Shown here one piece after another: positions 9,211-17,995 of a stretch of DNA of 64,000 bases. The translations under genes were made by a program, and so were the position numbers. Every line of letters begins with the position of its first letter. The first letter of the stretch is position 1. The stretch is from Candidatus Latescibacterota bacterium (GTDB taxonomy: Bacteria; Latescibacterota; UBA2968): NCBI GenBank assembly GCA_965242535.1, contig OZ251458.1:4747203-4811202 (forward strand), written 5' to 3'. The notes under the pieces are model-generated. The model did no database searches, was not told where the DNA came from, and saw only the letters and a list, made by a program, of their open reading frames with translations.

Positions 9211-9426
9211 GTCATTCTCCTTTCGCGTGGAACACAATACGAAATTGATTTGAGGTTGGCCTCGGGCGATGCCATCGGCTTCCAATAAGTTTATGGCATC
9301 GATACGAGCAGGTAGAAAAGGGGCCATCTGCGGACAACGCGAAATTAAATTGAGATAAACGGAAACGCCATCGGCGATTTGTCGATGGCGTTTTTTGTCG
9401 TGCGCGTTAAACCTCGCGCGATGTCG

Positions 9427-11286
9427 TCAACCGTTCTCCCGTTCGACCAGCGACAAGGATCGCGTGCTCACGATATTTTGCAGGAGGTCTTCGAAGGCTT
9501 GCACGGGCATCGCCGCCAAGTTCTCGCCTGTGCGTAGGCGCGGGGAGACGGATTCGCCTTGCACCTCGCGGTCGCCCACGACGAGCATATAGGGGATTTT
9601 CCGCAGTTGCGCGTTGCGAATTTTGGCATTGATGCGGTTGCCGCTGTCGTCGATCTCCACGCGAAAGCCGGCTTGGGTAAGGCGCGTTGTAACCTGCTGT
9701 GCGTAGGCGATGTGCCGGTCGGAGATCGGAATCAAAACCGCTTGGATGGGCGCGAGCCAAACCGGAAATGCCCCCGCGTACAATTCGATGAGATAGGCGA
9801 CCATCCGCTCCATCGTGCTGAGGACGCCCCGGTGAATGATCACGGGATGGCACTCGCGGTCGTCTTGATCTACGTAGGTCAGATCGAATTGGTTGGGCAG
9901 GTGAAAGTCGATTTGAATGGTGGAATACGTCTCTTCGCGGCCCAGTACGTCGCGGAATTGAATGTCGAGTTTCGGGCCGTAAAACGCCGCTTCGCCTGGC
10001 ACCTCGACATAGGGCAAATCGAGCGCGTCCATCGTCTCGCGCAACATGTCCTCGGCCATATCCCACATCGCGTCATTATCCACGTATTTTCCCCGGTCCG
10101 CTTTGTCTCGCAGCGAAAGCCGGTACGTATAATCCGCAATGCCCAACGTGCGATAGGCGCGCTCGACCAAGCGCATCACATCGGCGAACTCCTCTTTGAC
10201 TTGGCTCGGCGTGCAAAAAATGTGTGCGTCGTTCAAGGTCATCGCGCGCACGCGGCTCAGGCCGCCCATTTTGCCGGATCTTTCAAACCGATACATGGTG
10301 CCCAGTTCGGCGATGCGGATCGGCAAATCCCGATAGCTGTGGAGCTTTGCCGCGTAGATCAAGATGTGGTGCGGGCAGTTCATCGGGCGCAAGACCAGGT
10401 TCTCATTTTTCAATTCGATGGGCGGGAACATCTCGTCCTGGTAGTGCTCCCAGTGACCCGATTTTTCGTAGAGCTCTTGTTTGCCCAAGTGCGGGGAATA
10501 GACGTGCAGATACCCCGCCTTGCGCTCTTCTTCCTCGATGTATTCCTCGATCAGCCGCCGCACCGTGGCGCCATTGGGCAGCCAGATGGGAAGCCCGGTG
10601 CCGATAAACTCGTGTCCCATAAAGAGTTCGAGTTCGCGCCCCAACCGCCTGTGATCGCGCTTTTGGGCTTCCTCGAGGCGTTTGAGGTGGGCGTTGAGTT
10701 CGGACTTGTCGCGCCAAGCCGTGCCGTAGATGCGCGTGAGCATGGGATTGTTTTCGTCCCCGTGCCAGTACGCGCTCGACACGTTCATTAACTTGAAGGC
10801 GTTGTATTTTATCGCCCCGGTGTGTTCGACGTGCGGCCCGCGACACAGGTCGAGAAATGTATCTTGCCAATACACCGTGATCGCGGTCTGCTGATCGTCT
10901 GACAGCGCGTTGCCGTATTCGTCATAGCCGCCTTGGGTCAGGCCCTCGACGAGTTCGCGTTTGTAGGGATTATCCTCGAAAAGTTCGCGCGCCTCGGCGG
11001 CACTGACTTCCCGAACTTCAAAAGGATGGCGGCCGCGGATGATCTCCTTCATCCGGTTCTCGATCCCCTTCAAATCTTCTTCGCCCAACTTATCGGGCAA
11101 GTCGAAATCGTAATAAAACCCGTTTTCTATGGGCGGGCCAATCGCCGTCTTGGTTCCGGGATACCGTTCGATCACCGCTTGCGCCATAATGTGCGCCAGC
11201 GAATGGCGGATGCGATACAGCTCGGGATCGTAGCCTTCCGGGATGTTCTGATCTGCGCTGGCTTTCAGATCGTCGTCCGCGTTCAT
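9427..11286 (-). CDS. thrS: threonine--tRNA ligase (lacks the N-terminal TGS domain)
   Basis: Class II aaRS motifs and ThrRS-specific stretches (HRDLPIRIAELGTMYRFERSG; RVRAMTLNDAHIFC; editing-domain HSLAHIMAQA). ORF trimmed to ATG 11286 (MNADDDL). Confidence 0.9.
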   Translation of the reverse strand: MNADDDLKASADQNIPEGYDPELYRIRHSLAHIMAQAVIERYPGTKTAIGPPIENGFYYDFDLPDKLGEEDLKGIENRMKEIIRGRHPFEVREVSAAEARELFEDNPYKRELVEGLTQGGYDEYGNALSDDQQTAITVYWQDTFLDLCRGPHVEHTGAIKYNAFKLMNVSSAYWHGDENNPMLTRIYGTAWRDKSELNAHLKRLEEAQKRDHRRLGRELELFMGHEFIGTGLPIWLPNGATVRRLIEEYIEEEERKAGYLHVYSPHLGKQELYEKSGHWEHYQDEMFPPIELKNENLVLRPMNCPHHILIYAAKLHSYRDLPIRIAELGTMYRFERSGKMGGLSRVRAMTLNDAHIFCTPSQVKEEFADVMRLVERAYRTLGIADYTYRLSLRDKADRGKYVDNDAMWDMAEDMLRETMDALDLPYVEVPGEAAFYGPKLDIQFRDVLGREETYSTIQIDFHLPNQFDLTYVDQDDRECHPVIIHRGVLSTMERMVAYLIELYAGAFPVWLAPIQAVLIPISDRHIAYAQQVTTRLTQAGFRVEIDDSGNRINAKIRNAQLRKIPYMLVVGDREVQGESVSPRLRTGENLAAMPVQAFEDLLQNIVSTRSLSLVERENG

Positions 11287-11323
11287 ATCTCGTCTCCTCG
11301 ATGTGGTGTTGCGTGGGAAGTTG

Positions 11324-13723
11324 TCAGTGGTCGCCTTTCCCCGCGTGTTGCCAAGCGAGTTCCGCCCGCAATGCGGCTTCGGTGGTTGGGGTGGCGACGA
11401 ACAAATTTGTCGGATAATGTGCGTATTCCAAAAGCGCGGTGTAAATCGCATCGGCCTCGTAGCGGTTCAAGCCGAGACCGGCCAAGTACTGGAGGCGCAT
11501 GTTGCTGTCGAGGTTGATCTCGGCGTCTGCGAGCCATTCTGCGAGATCCGGCGCACGCCCGGCATAAGTGGATAAGAGCGCGACTGCCGATCCCAAAGAC
11601 ACCTCGTCGAGCGACGCCCAGACCTCGGTGTGGTCGTCGCGATCAAAACGCGCCTGTAAGGCATCCACGTCGATAACCCGTTGCGATCTCGCGCCCAATA
11701 GGACGACATCATACCCTTGGCCGTCGTCCTGATTGCCCCAAATTGTCCCGTGCGGAAACGCGTCGAAAAAGGTCGCGATTTCGCTTTTGACCGCATCGAT
11801 CCGCGATTCGTAGAGGGGTACCCACTGCGTCACGACTCCACCGGGGTTCAGGTGTTTTTTGCACAGGGCGAAATACTCTTTTGAATACAGCGCGCCCGCG
11901 CCCTTGACCCAGGGGTGGATGGGATCGGACGTAATAATATCGAACTTCTCATCCGTTGTCACCAGATAATGTCGCGCATCGTCGAGCACGACCTCTACGC
12001 GGGGGTCTTGCAAGACCGCGTAATTTTCAGGGCTGAAATACGCCTTGGCCGCGGGCGGGATCAGCGGCTCGATCTCGCAGATCACGATGCGTTCAACACT
12101 CGGATGCAAGAGAAATGTTCCGGCCGTCACGCCTGCGCCACATCCCACCACGAGCACGGATCGCGGCTTTGGGTGCATCAGCGCGGAGAGGTGCCCGAGC
12201 ATGCGCTGCAAGCGCATATCCTGCGGTTCGCTGGAGGCGACGATTTTGCCACTGACGTGAAAATTGCGAATGCCCGTGTCCAATTCCGATACGGCGATGG
12301 ATGCGTTCATCCCCTCGCCCACGTAGAGATAACGGGCCTCATCGCCCCAGTCGAGAAGGGTGCGGCCATAAGCGATCAGCGCGGCCGGTGGCGCGGGTAG
12401 GTACCATACGAGCAGGGCGACGCCCACCGCGACGGCGACCCATCGATCCGATCGGACAATTTGATCCCCATGCCGCGCTTGCCACAACGCGCGCCCGAAC
12501 ATCAACGCGGCCCCGCAGGCGGACAGGACGAGCAGGACGCGCTGTGCGGTTTGCGTTCCCAAAAGCACCATCCCACTAAAACCGAGCGCGCCCACAATGG
12601 CCCCTGCGGTATTGGCCGCGTACACGCTGCCGGCGAGCGCGCCCGGGTCGCGATCTCGCTGACTCGCGGCGGCAAGGGCGAGCGGAAAACTCATGCCCCA
12701 CAACGCGGTTGCCGGGAAGATCGCCACGAAACAGCGCAGCAAATCCAACTGGAATCGCACGGCAACGGTTCCCCCCGGCGTCCAGTAGGGGAGCAACTCG
12801 GAAAGCGCGTAAGCCGCCCACGCCATAGCGCCCACGAGGAGGAGTTGGCACCACCCCAGCGCGATTTCGGGGTTTAATTTTTTGCGCGAGAGATAGGCTC
12901 CCGCGCTGCTCCCCGCGCCGAGGCCGATCAGAAAGACGCCCAAGATGATCGAAAACGCGTACACGGTCGCGCCCATCATCAGCGACAGCAGCCGCGTCCA
13001 GATGACCTGCGCGCCGAGGGCACACGCGCCGGAAATCGCGATGGCGACATAGACGCGCCAGGCATTTGCGATCCACAAAGTGTGCGTGGGGGGATCCGAT
13101 GCGGCGTATTCGGCGCGGCGCGCCAAGCCATATCCGACGAGTGCCACGGCAAAATTCAGCGCGACCGCCACATAAGTCGCCGTCACCACGTCGTAGAGGC
13201 GCAGCAGATAAAACCCCGCGAACAAGCAGCCGCACACCGCTCCGACGATATTGCCCCCGTAAAAAAACCCCATCCACGAAACGCCGCGTGGGGTCGATGT
13301 CGTCCATCGCGCTATCGCGGGCAGGGTCGCGCCCATCAACACGGTGGGCGGAAACAGGCAGAACGCGCAGACGAGCCCGCGCAAGAGATGCCCCCACGAG
13401 CCCGCGGTTGCCGCGCCGATGTAGAATTTGCCGATCGACGGCAACACGGACAGCAGGACGATCCCCATGATGCCGATGCCCAGTTCCAAAAGCGCATAGA
13501 CCCGCAAGGGATGATGGCGCGTGGAGATGACGCGGGAGAGCATCACACTGCCCACGCACATCCCGCCCATGAACGTGCCGAGCAAGATGCCGAGGGAAAT
13601 GGCCGAGGATCCGACGACGAGTTGCAGCATCTGAAACCAGACGATTTCGTAGATGAGCGCGGCGCACCCACTGCCCACGAACAGGGCGACGAGCAAGGGG
13701 AGGAATTTTGGGTTTGTATTCAT
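11324..13723 (-). CDS. fused MFS-like membrane domain / spermidine synthase (polyamine aminopropyltransferase)-like protein with C-terminal TPR-like region
   Basis: Many TM helices N-terminally. C-terminal VLVVGCGAGVTAGTF...DIITSDPIHPW...GGVVTQW matches the SpeE AdoMet-binding fold. Start trimmed to ATG 13723; the ORF-track N-terminus (RLPSPVS...) is a translation of heptamer repeats. Confidence 0.7.
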   Translation of the reverse strand: MNTNPKFLPLLVALFVGSGCAALIYEIVWFQMLQLVVGSSAISLGILLGTFMGGMCVGSVMLSRVISTRHHPLRVYALLELGIGIMGIVLLSVLPSIGKFYIGAATAGSWGHLLRGLVCAFCLFPPTVLMGATLPAIARWTTSTPRGVSWMGFFYGGNIVGAVCGCLFAGFYLLRLYDVVTATYVAVALNFAVALVGYGLARRAEYAASDPPTHTLWIANAWRVYVAIAISGACALGAQVIWTRLLSLMMGATVYAFSIILGVFLIGLGAGSSAGAYLSRKKLNPEIALGWCQLLLVGAMAWAAYALSELLPYWTPGGTVAVRFQLDLLRCFVAIFPATALWGMSFPLALAAASQRDRDPGALAGSVYAANTAGAIVGALGFSGMVLLGTQTAQRVLLVLSACGAALMFGRALWQARHGDQIVRSDRWVAVAVGVALLVWYLPAPPAALIAYGRTLLDWGDEARYLYVGEGMNASIAVSELDTGIRNFHVSGKIVASSEPQDMRLQRMLGHLSALMHPKPRSVLVVGCGAGVTAGTFLLHPSVERIVICEIEPLIPPAAKAYFSPENYAVLQDPRVEVVLDDARHYLVTTDEKFDIITSDPIHPWVKGAGALYSKEYFALCKKHLNPGGVVTQWVPLYESRIDAVKSEIATFFDAFPHGTIWGNQDDGQGYDVVLLGARSQRVIDVDALQARFDRDDHTEVWASLDEVSLGSAVALLSTYAGRAPDLAEWLADAEINLDSNMRLQYLAGLGLNRYEADAIYTALLEYAHYPTNLFVATPTTEAALRAELAWQHAGKGDH

Positions 13724-13726
13724 GAG

Positions 13727-13841
13727 GCGGGGAGACGGAAGACGGGAGACGGGAGACGGGAGAGGCAAGACGCAAGACGGAAGACGGGAGACGGGAGACG
13801 GGAGAGGGAAGACGGGAGATACAAGGGGAGACGGGAGACGG
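13727..13841. repeat. (GGGAGAC/GGAAGAC)n heptamer tandem array
   Basis: About 16 imperfect heptamer units directly upstream of the start codon of the minus-strand gene above. Confidence 0.8.
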
Positions 13842-13861
13842 CCGCCCAACAGCTCCATCAA

Positions 13862-13900
13862 TCGTAGGGACAGGCCCCCGTGCCTGTCCGAAGATACAAG
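13862..13900. repeat. REP-like palindromic element (CGTAGGGACAGGCCCCCGTGCCTGTCCGAAGATACAAG)
   Basis: Inverted repeat GGACAGGC/GCCTGTCC around a CCCCG/TG loop. A second copy lies at 13997-14023 with another heptamer array (13901-13979) between them. Confidence 0.8.
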
Positions 13901-14131
13901 AGGGGAGACGGGAGAAGCAAGAGGGGAGACGGGAGACGGAAGGCGGGAAGACGGGAGACGGGAGACGGGAGACGGCCGCCCAACAGCTCCATCAACCGTA
14001 GGGACAGGCCCCTGTGCCTGTCCTCGCGCCTAGCGAGAGGGGCTATATTGTGATTGTCCTTGAATTTTATTTGTCGTAAATTTAATGACCGATAGCGAGA
14101 TTGTGCAACCCTATTTTCAAAGGAGCTCGTC

Positions 14132-14905
14132 ATGCAACTCACGACCGAACAAATCCGCGAATTTTACGAGCGCGGGTACGTCAAAATCCCCGGTGCCATC
14201 TCGAAGGCGATGGTGGACACGGCGCGGCAGGCCGTGAACCATTCGATTGGCGCGTTGGGGCCAAATGGCGAAGACATGTCCAAGCATCGCGCCGCGCAGT
14301 TTTGCCGCGACTTGAATGGCAGTCCCGTGATTATGGACATGTTCAACGACAGCCCGGTCATTTCCCTCGCCGAATCCCTGATGGGAGAGGGCAATTTGCA
14401 AAAGCCCATCCGAGGCGCGCAGGTGGCGCCGCGTTTTCCCAATGTCATCGGCGGAGACCCGGCCGAACCGCGCGGCCATCTCGATGGCATGGGCACGGGC
14501 ATGAATGGCATGCCCAAAGGCGTGTACCGCCGCGGATTCACGGCCTTTGCCGTGATTTATCTCGCCGATGTGCCCGAACCCTTCAGCGGGAATTTCACGG
14601 TTTGGCCGGGGTCGCATCGCTTTTTTGAAGCCTATTTCAAGCGCGAGGGCCTCGAAGTCCTCTCCAATGGCACGCCGCGCGTCGACTTGCCCGAAGGCCC
14701 GGATATGGTCACCGGCAACGCGGGCGATCTCGTTCTCGCGCACCACCAGATGGTCCACACCGCCGGCCCGAATGCGTCGCCCAATATTCGCTACGCGACC
14801 ATTGCCCGCCTTCGCCACGTCGATTGCGATGAAAACGGCAATGAGGGCTTTCTCGACATCTGGCGCGAATTTCCCCGCGTGCGCGAGGTGCTCGCAGCGG
14901 CCTAA
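14132..14905 (+). CDS. PhyH-family (phytanoyl-CoA dioxygenase-like) Fe(II)/2-oxoglutarate oxygenase
   Basis: AAGGAG SD. HxD (GHLDGMG) and distal His (HHQMVHTAGPN) spaced as in PF05721-type dioxygenases. Confidence 0.65.
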   Translation: MQLTTEQIREFYERGYVKIPGAISKAMVDTARQAVNHSIGALGPNGEDMSKHRAAQFCRDLNGSPVIMDMFNDSPVISLAESLMGEGNLQKPIRGAQVAPRFPNVIGGDPAEPRGHLDGMGTGMNGMPKGVYRRGFTAFAVIYLADVPEPFSGNFTVWPGSHRFFEAYFKREGLEVLSNGTPRVDLPEGPDMVTGNAGDLVLAHHQMVHTAGPNASPNIRYATIARLRHVDCDENGNEGFLDIWREFPRVREVLAAA

Positions 14906-14968
14906 GAATCCGCGATCCACAAAGGGTTGGGCCAATTGCCGACAACCGACAACCGATAGAGGTTCACC

Positions 14969-15736
14969 ATGTCCATTACCGATGCACAAAAACGCCAATT
15001 CGTCGAGGAAGGCTATCTCAAAATCCCAGATGTCGTGCCCAAAAGCATGATCGAAACCGTCCGCCGCGCGGTCAATCATTCCATTGGCCATGTGGGCACG
15101 GGCGGCGAAGACCTCGCAAAACACCGGTCGGGCTTCTTTTGCGCCGAACTCCTGGACGCGCCGTTCGTCATCGACATGTACAACGAGACGCCTGTGATGC
15201 AGATCGCCGAAGCCCTGATGGGCGAAGGCAATGTCCTGCCGGTTACACGCGCCAAAACCTATCCGCGCTTTCCCATGCCCTTGGGGGCAAAACCCTCGCC
15301 GCCGCGCGGCCATATCGACGGCATTGGCAGCGGCACCAACGGCACGGCCAAGGGCGATTACAAGCGCGGGTTCACGGCCTTTGCCGTGATTTATCTCGCC
15401 GATGTGCCCGAACCGTTCAGCGGGAATTTCACGGTTTGGCCCCAGTCCCATCGCTTTTTTGCGGACTATTTCAAATCGCACGGCCACGAAGTGCTCGCCC
15501 AAGGCATGCCGCGGCCCGACTTGCCCAAAGCCCCGGTGATGGTCACCGGCAACGCGGGCGATTTCATTCTCGCGCATCATCAGGTCGTTCACGGCGCGTG
15601 TCCCAATGCCTCGCCCAATGTGCGCTTGGCGACCATCTCTCGCCTCAAGCACAAAGATGCCGACAAAATCGGCCATGACGCGTACACAGAGATATGGCGC
15701 GAATGGCCCGGTCTCCACGACGTGCTGGAGAATTGA
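14969..15736 (+). CDS. PhyH-family dioxygenase, close paralog of 14132..14905
   Basis: GHIDGIG / HHQVVHGACPN motifs. An about 80-nt stretch (RGFTAFAVIYLADVPEPFSGNFTVWP) is identical at the DNA level to the upstream paralog. Confidence 0.65.
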   Translation: MSITDAQKRQFVEEGYLKIPDVVPKSMIETVRRAVNHSIGHVGTGGEDLAKHRSGFFCAELLDAPFVIDMYNETPVMQIAEALMGEGNVLPVTRAKTYPRFPMPLGAKPSPPRGHIDGIGSGTNGTAKGDYKRGFTAFAVIYLADVPEPFSGNFTVWPQSHRFFADYFKSHGHEVLAQGMPRPDLPKAPVMVTGNAGDFILAHHQVVHGACPNASPNVRLATISRLKHKDADKIGHDAYTEIWREWPGLHDVLEN

Positions 15737-15795
15737 CGGCATGCCGAGCGGCCATAAAAAATGAATGAGGAGCACCCGATTCCCTCCTTCCCCGC

Positions 15796-15867
15796 TGGGA
15801 GACGGGAGACGGAAGACGGAAGACGGAAGACGGAAGACGGAAGACGGAAGACGGAAGACGGAAGACG
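15796..15867. repeat. (GGAAGAC)n heptamer array followed by a REP-like palindrome at 15888-15924
   Basis: About 10 units, then ccccgtagggacaggccccgtgcctgtccgaagatacaagg. Sits immediately 5' of the PhyH gene at 15951. Confidence 0.8.
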
Positions 15868-15950
15868 GCCGCCCAGCTACCCGTCCCCGTAGGGACAGGC
15901 CCCGTGCCTGTCCGAAGATACAAGGATGGAAAACTTTGAATGAGGCACCT

Positions 15951-16739
15951 ATGTCCATCGCCATAACCGAAGCGCAGAAGCGGCAATACAGGGACGAGGG
16001 GTATTTCATCCTCGAATCCGCGATTCCCGATCCCCATCTCGAACTCTTGCGCGGGGAATGCCAGACCTTTATCGACCAAATGCACGCGCGCATGGATGAG
16101 CAGGGCACGGATACCCTCGGCATCAACCACCGCGACAAACGCTATTTTGTCTCCAACTGCTTTCGCCAGCAACCGCGCCTTCGCGCCTTTCTTTTCAGCG
16201 ATCTCATGGCCGATATCTGCCGCGCGACCTTGGGCGACGACGCGTACCTCTTTTGGGAACAATACGTCGTCAAAGGCGCGGAAACCGGCATGAAATTTTC
16301 ATGGCATCAGGACTCGGGCTATGTGGGCTATCCGGATCACAAACCCTATCTTACCTGCTGGTGCGCGCTAGATGATATGCGCGAAGAAAACGGCGCCATT
16401 CACCTCTTGCCCTATTCGCGCAGCGGCATCCGCTCGTGGGTACAGCACATCGCAGAAGAAGGCAACAACGACAAGGTCGGCTATTTTGGCAACGACCCCG
16501 GCCGGATTGCCGAAGTGCCCGCGGGGAGCATCGTCGCCTTCTCCAGCATCGTCTTTCACAGCAGCGGCGCCAATACCACCCCGAATCTGAGACGCGCTTA
16601 CCTCGGGCAATACTCCTGCGAACCCATCCTTTCGCCCGATGGCGCCAAACTCTGGGGCAACGCCGAACCCTTCCTCCGCAATGGCCGATCCGCAGTCGGC
16701 GAACCTCCGCCCGCCTTGCCGTCGAGGCTGGATGCGTAA
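15951..16739 (+). CDS. PhyH-family dioxygenase (third paralog)
   Basis: ORF 15765 trimmed to ATG 15951 (MSIAITEAQKRQY). WHQDSGY (HxD) and a distal His (SIVFHSSGAN). Confidence 0.65.
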   Translation: MSIAITEAQKRQYRDEGYFILESAIPDPHLELLRGECQTFIDQMHARMDEQGTDTLGINHRDKRYFVSNCFRQQPRLRAFLFSDLMADICRATLGDDAYLFWEQYVVKGAETGMKFSWHQDSGYVGYPDHKPYLTCWCALDDMREENGAIHLLPYSRSGIRSWVQHIAEEGNNDKVGYFGNDPGRIAEVPAGSIVAFSSIVFHSSGANTTPNLRRAYLGQYSCEPILSPDGAKLWGNAEPFLRNGRSAVGEPPPALPSRLDA

Positions 16740-16745
16740 CGCCGG

Positions 16746-17594
16746 TTAGGCACTCGGACGATCGGCCTCCGCCATCAACCGCAGCCAATCCCCATGACCT
16801 TTTGCCACCCGATCCGGATCTATCGCGCTTCGGGCCACAAAACCGGGCACCTGATCGCGCCCGGTGGGCAACCTGTAATCGCTGTATCGAATGTCCAAAC
16901 TCCAGCGGATGTGGTCGGACTGATTTGGAAATGACCGATGGACGGTCTTGTGCTGAATCAGGGCCGCGCCCCCGGCTGGCAATACGGACGAGACGCGCTC
17001 GCCCGGGGGCAACCGCGATTCTATAATTTCCAGTTCAGACGCCACTTTTTGGTGGGGAATAATCCCGTGCTTATGGCTCTCGGCCAAAATTTCCAAACAG
17101 CCGTTTTCCACATCGGTCTGTACCAGCGGCACCCAAAAGTTGATCATAAACGTCTTTTCCACCTCGGGATCCAAAAACGCGATGTCCTGATGCCACGCCA
17201 CCTCTGCTTCGCCGGGCATTTTTGCGCGGACGTTAAACTGCGGATGCACCAGAATTTCCGGGCCGATGATCGACTCGACCGCGTTTAGGATGGCGGGATG
17301 GGTGAGCAAATAAAACAATCCCGCAGTCTTGTGGGCCTTGCCCAAAATCTCGCCGACAAAACGCTTGTCCGTTCCCATTGCCGCGCAGAGAAGTGCCAAC
17401 CGCCGATCAAATGGCGCGTCTGCAAACACATCCTCCAATTGACCGCACGCCCGGGCCTCCCGCGCCCTGCGGTCAATCGCCACCTGAAACTCGTTCACCA
17501 ACGGCTGATACGCTTCCACCGGCAAACATTCGTCCAGCAACAAATACCCCTCCGCTTTGTAAAAAGCAATCTGCTCCTCCGTCAAACCCACCAT
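16746..17594 (-). CDS. PhyH-family dioxygenase (fourth paralog, convergent)
   Basis: WHQDIAFLDPE (HxD) and IQHKTVHRSFPNQSD. ATG at 17594. Confidence 0.65.
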   Translation of the reverse strand: MVGLTEEQIAFYKAEGYLLLDECLPVEAYQPLVNEFQVAIDRRAREARACGQLEDVFADAPFDRRLALLCAAMGTDKRFVGEILGKAHKTAGLFYLLTHPAILNAVESIIGPEILVHPQFNVRAKMPGEAEVAWHQDIAFLDPEVEKTFMINFWVPLVQTDVENGCLEILAESHKHGIIPHQKVASELEIIESRLPPGERVSSVLPAGGAALIQHKTVHRSFPNQSDHIRWSLDIRYSDYRLPTGRDQVPGFVARSAIDPDRVAKGHGDWLRLMAEADRPSA

Positions 17595-17647
17595 CGTTCA
17601 CCTCCTGTTCATCCTACAAATCCCACGCCATCGTGCGTTCCCATCAC

Positions 17648-17920
17648 CCGTAGGGCCAGGCCCCCGTGCCTATCCGAATACAGGACAACCACAGGGGGTT
17701 GTCCCTACCATGCCATTTTGGGCGCCTAATGAAATGAACGATAGGACGACCCGTAGGGCCAGGCCCCCGTGCCTGTCCGAATGACCGCGGCCCCCGTGCC
17801 TGTCTGAATACAGGACAACCACAGGGGGTTGTCCCTACCATGCCATTTTGATAGAACGACCCGTAGGGCCAGGCCCCCGTGCCTGTCCGAATGATTCGCG
17901 GCCCCCGTGCCTGTCCGAAA
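17648..17920. repeat. tandem array of REP-like palindromes (about 5 copies) with an associated second hairpin (GGACAACCacagggGGTTGTCC)
   Basis: cccgtagggccaggcccccgtgcctgtccgaat units separated by 65-80 bp that are themselves repeated. No cas genes; the 'spacers' are homologous to each other. Confidence 0.75.
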
Positions 17921-17924
17921 AATT

Positions 17925-17957
17925 AAGCCCGAGTTCAGCGCGAACTCGGGCTTTTTG
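17925..17957 (-). terminator. rho-independent terminator of the surface-protein gene
   Basis: AAGCCCGAGTTC-agcgc-GAACTCGGGCTT flanked by A/T runs (could act bidirectionally). Confidence 0.6.
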
Positions 17958-17995
17958 TGTGGCAAGTGCCGATGCGACATCGGGCATCGGCCTGT

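Noticed and set aside
9559-10791. Long antisense ORFs inside thrS, the MFS-SpeE gene, gltB, the ceramidase-like gene and others (e.g. 9559..10791+, 12576..13775-, 25181..26680-, 31739..33265+, 34700..36295+).
   Set aside because: They lie opposite well-supported conserved genes. They have Arg/Ala/Gly-rich low-complexity translations typical of high-GC antisense frames, and no SDs or recognisable domains.
13724-13861. N-terminal extensions of called ORFs reading RLPSPVSRLPSP / GDGRRETGDGRR (11324..13861, 15765.., 27368..28624, 13082..13867, 13653..14033, 24622..25071).
   Set aside because: These are translations of the (GGGAGAC)n / (GGTGGTC)n heptamer arrays and REP palindromes. Genuine starts with SDs and signal peptides lie downstream.
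17648-17920. CRISPR-like appearance of the tandem REP array (33-bp repeat with 65-80 bp 'spacers').
   Set aside because: The spacers are homologous to one another, the repeats are palindromic REP units found singly elsewhere, and no cas genes are present.
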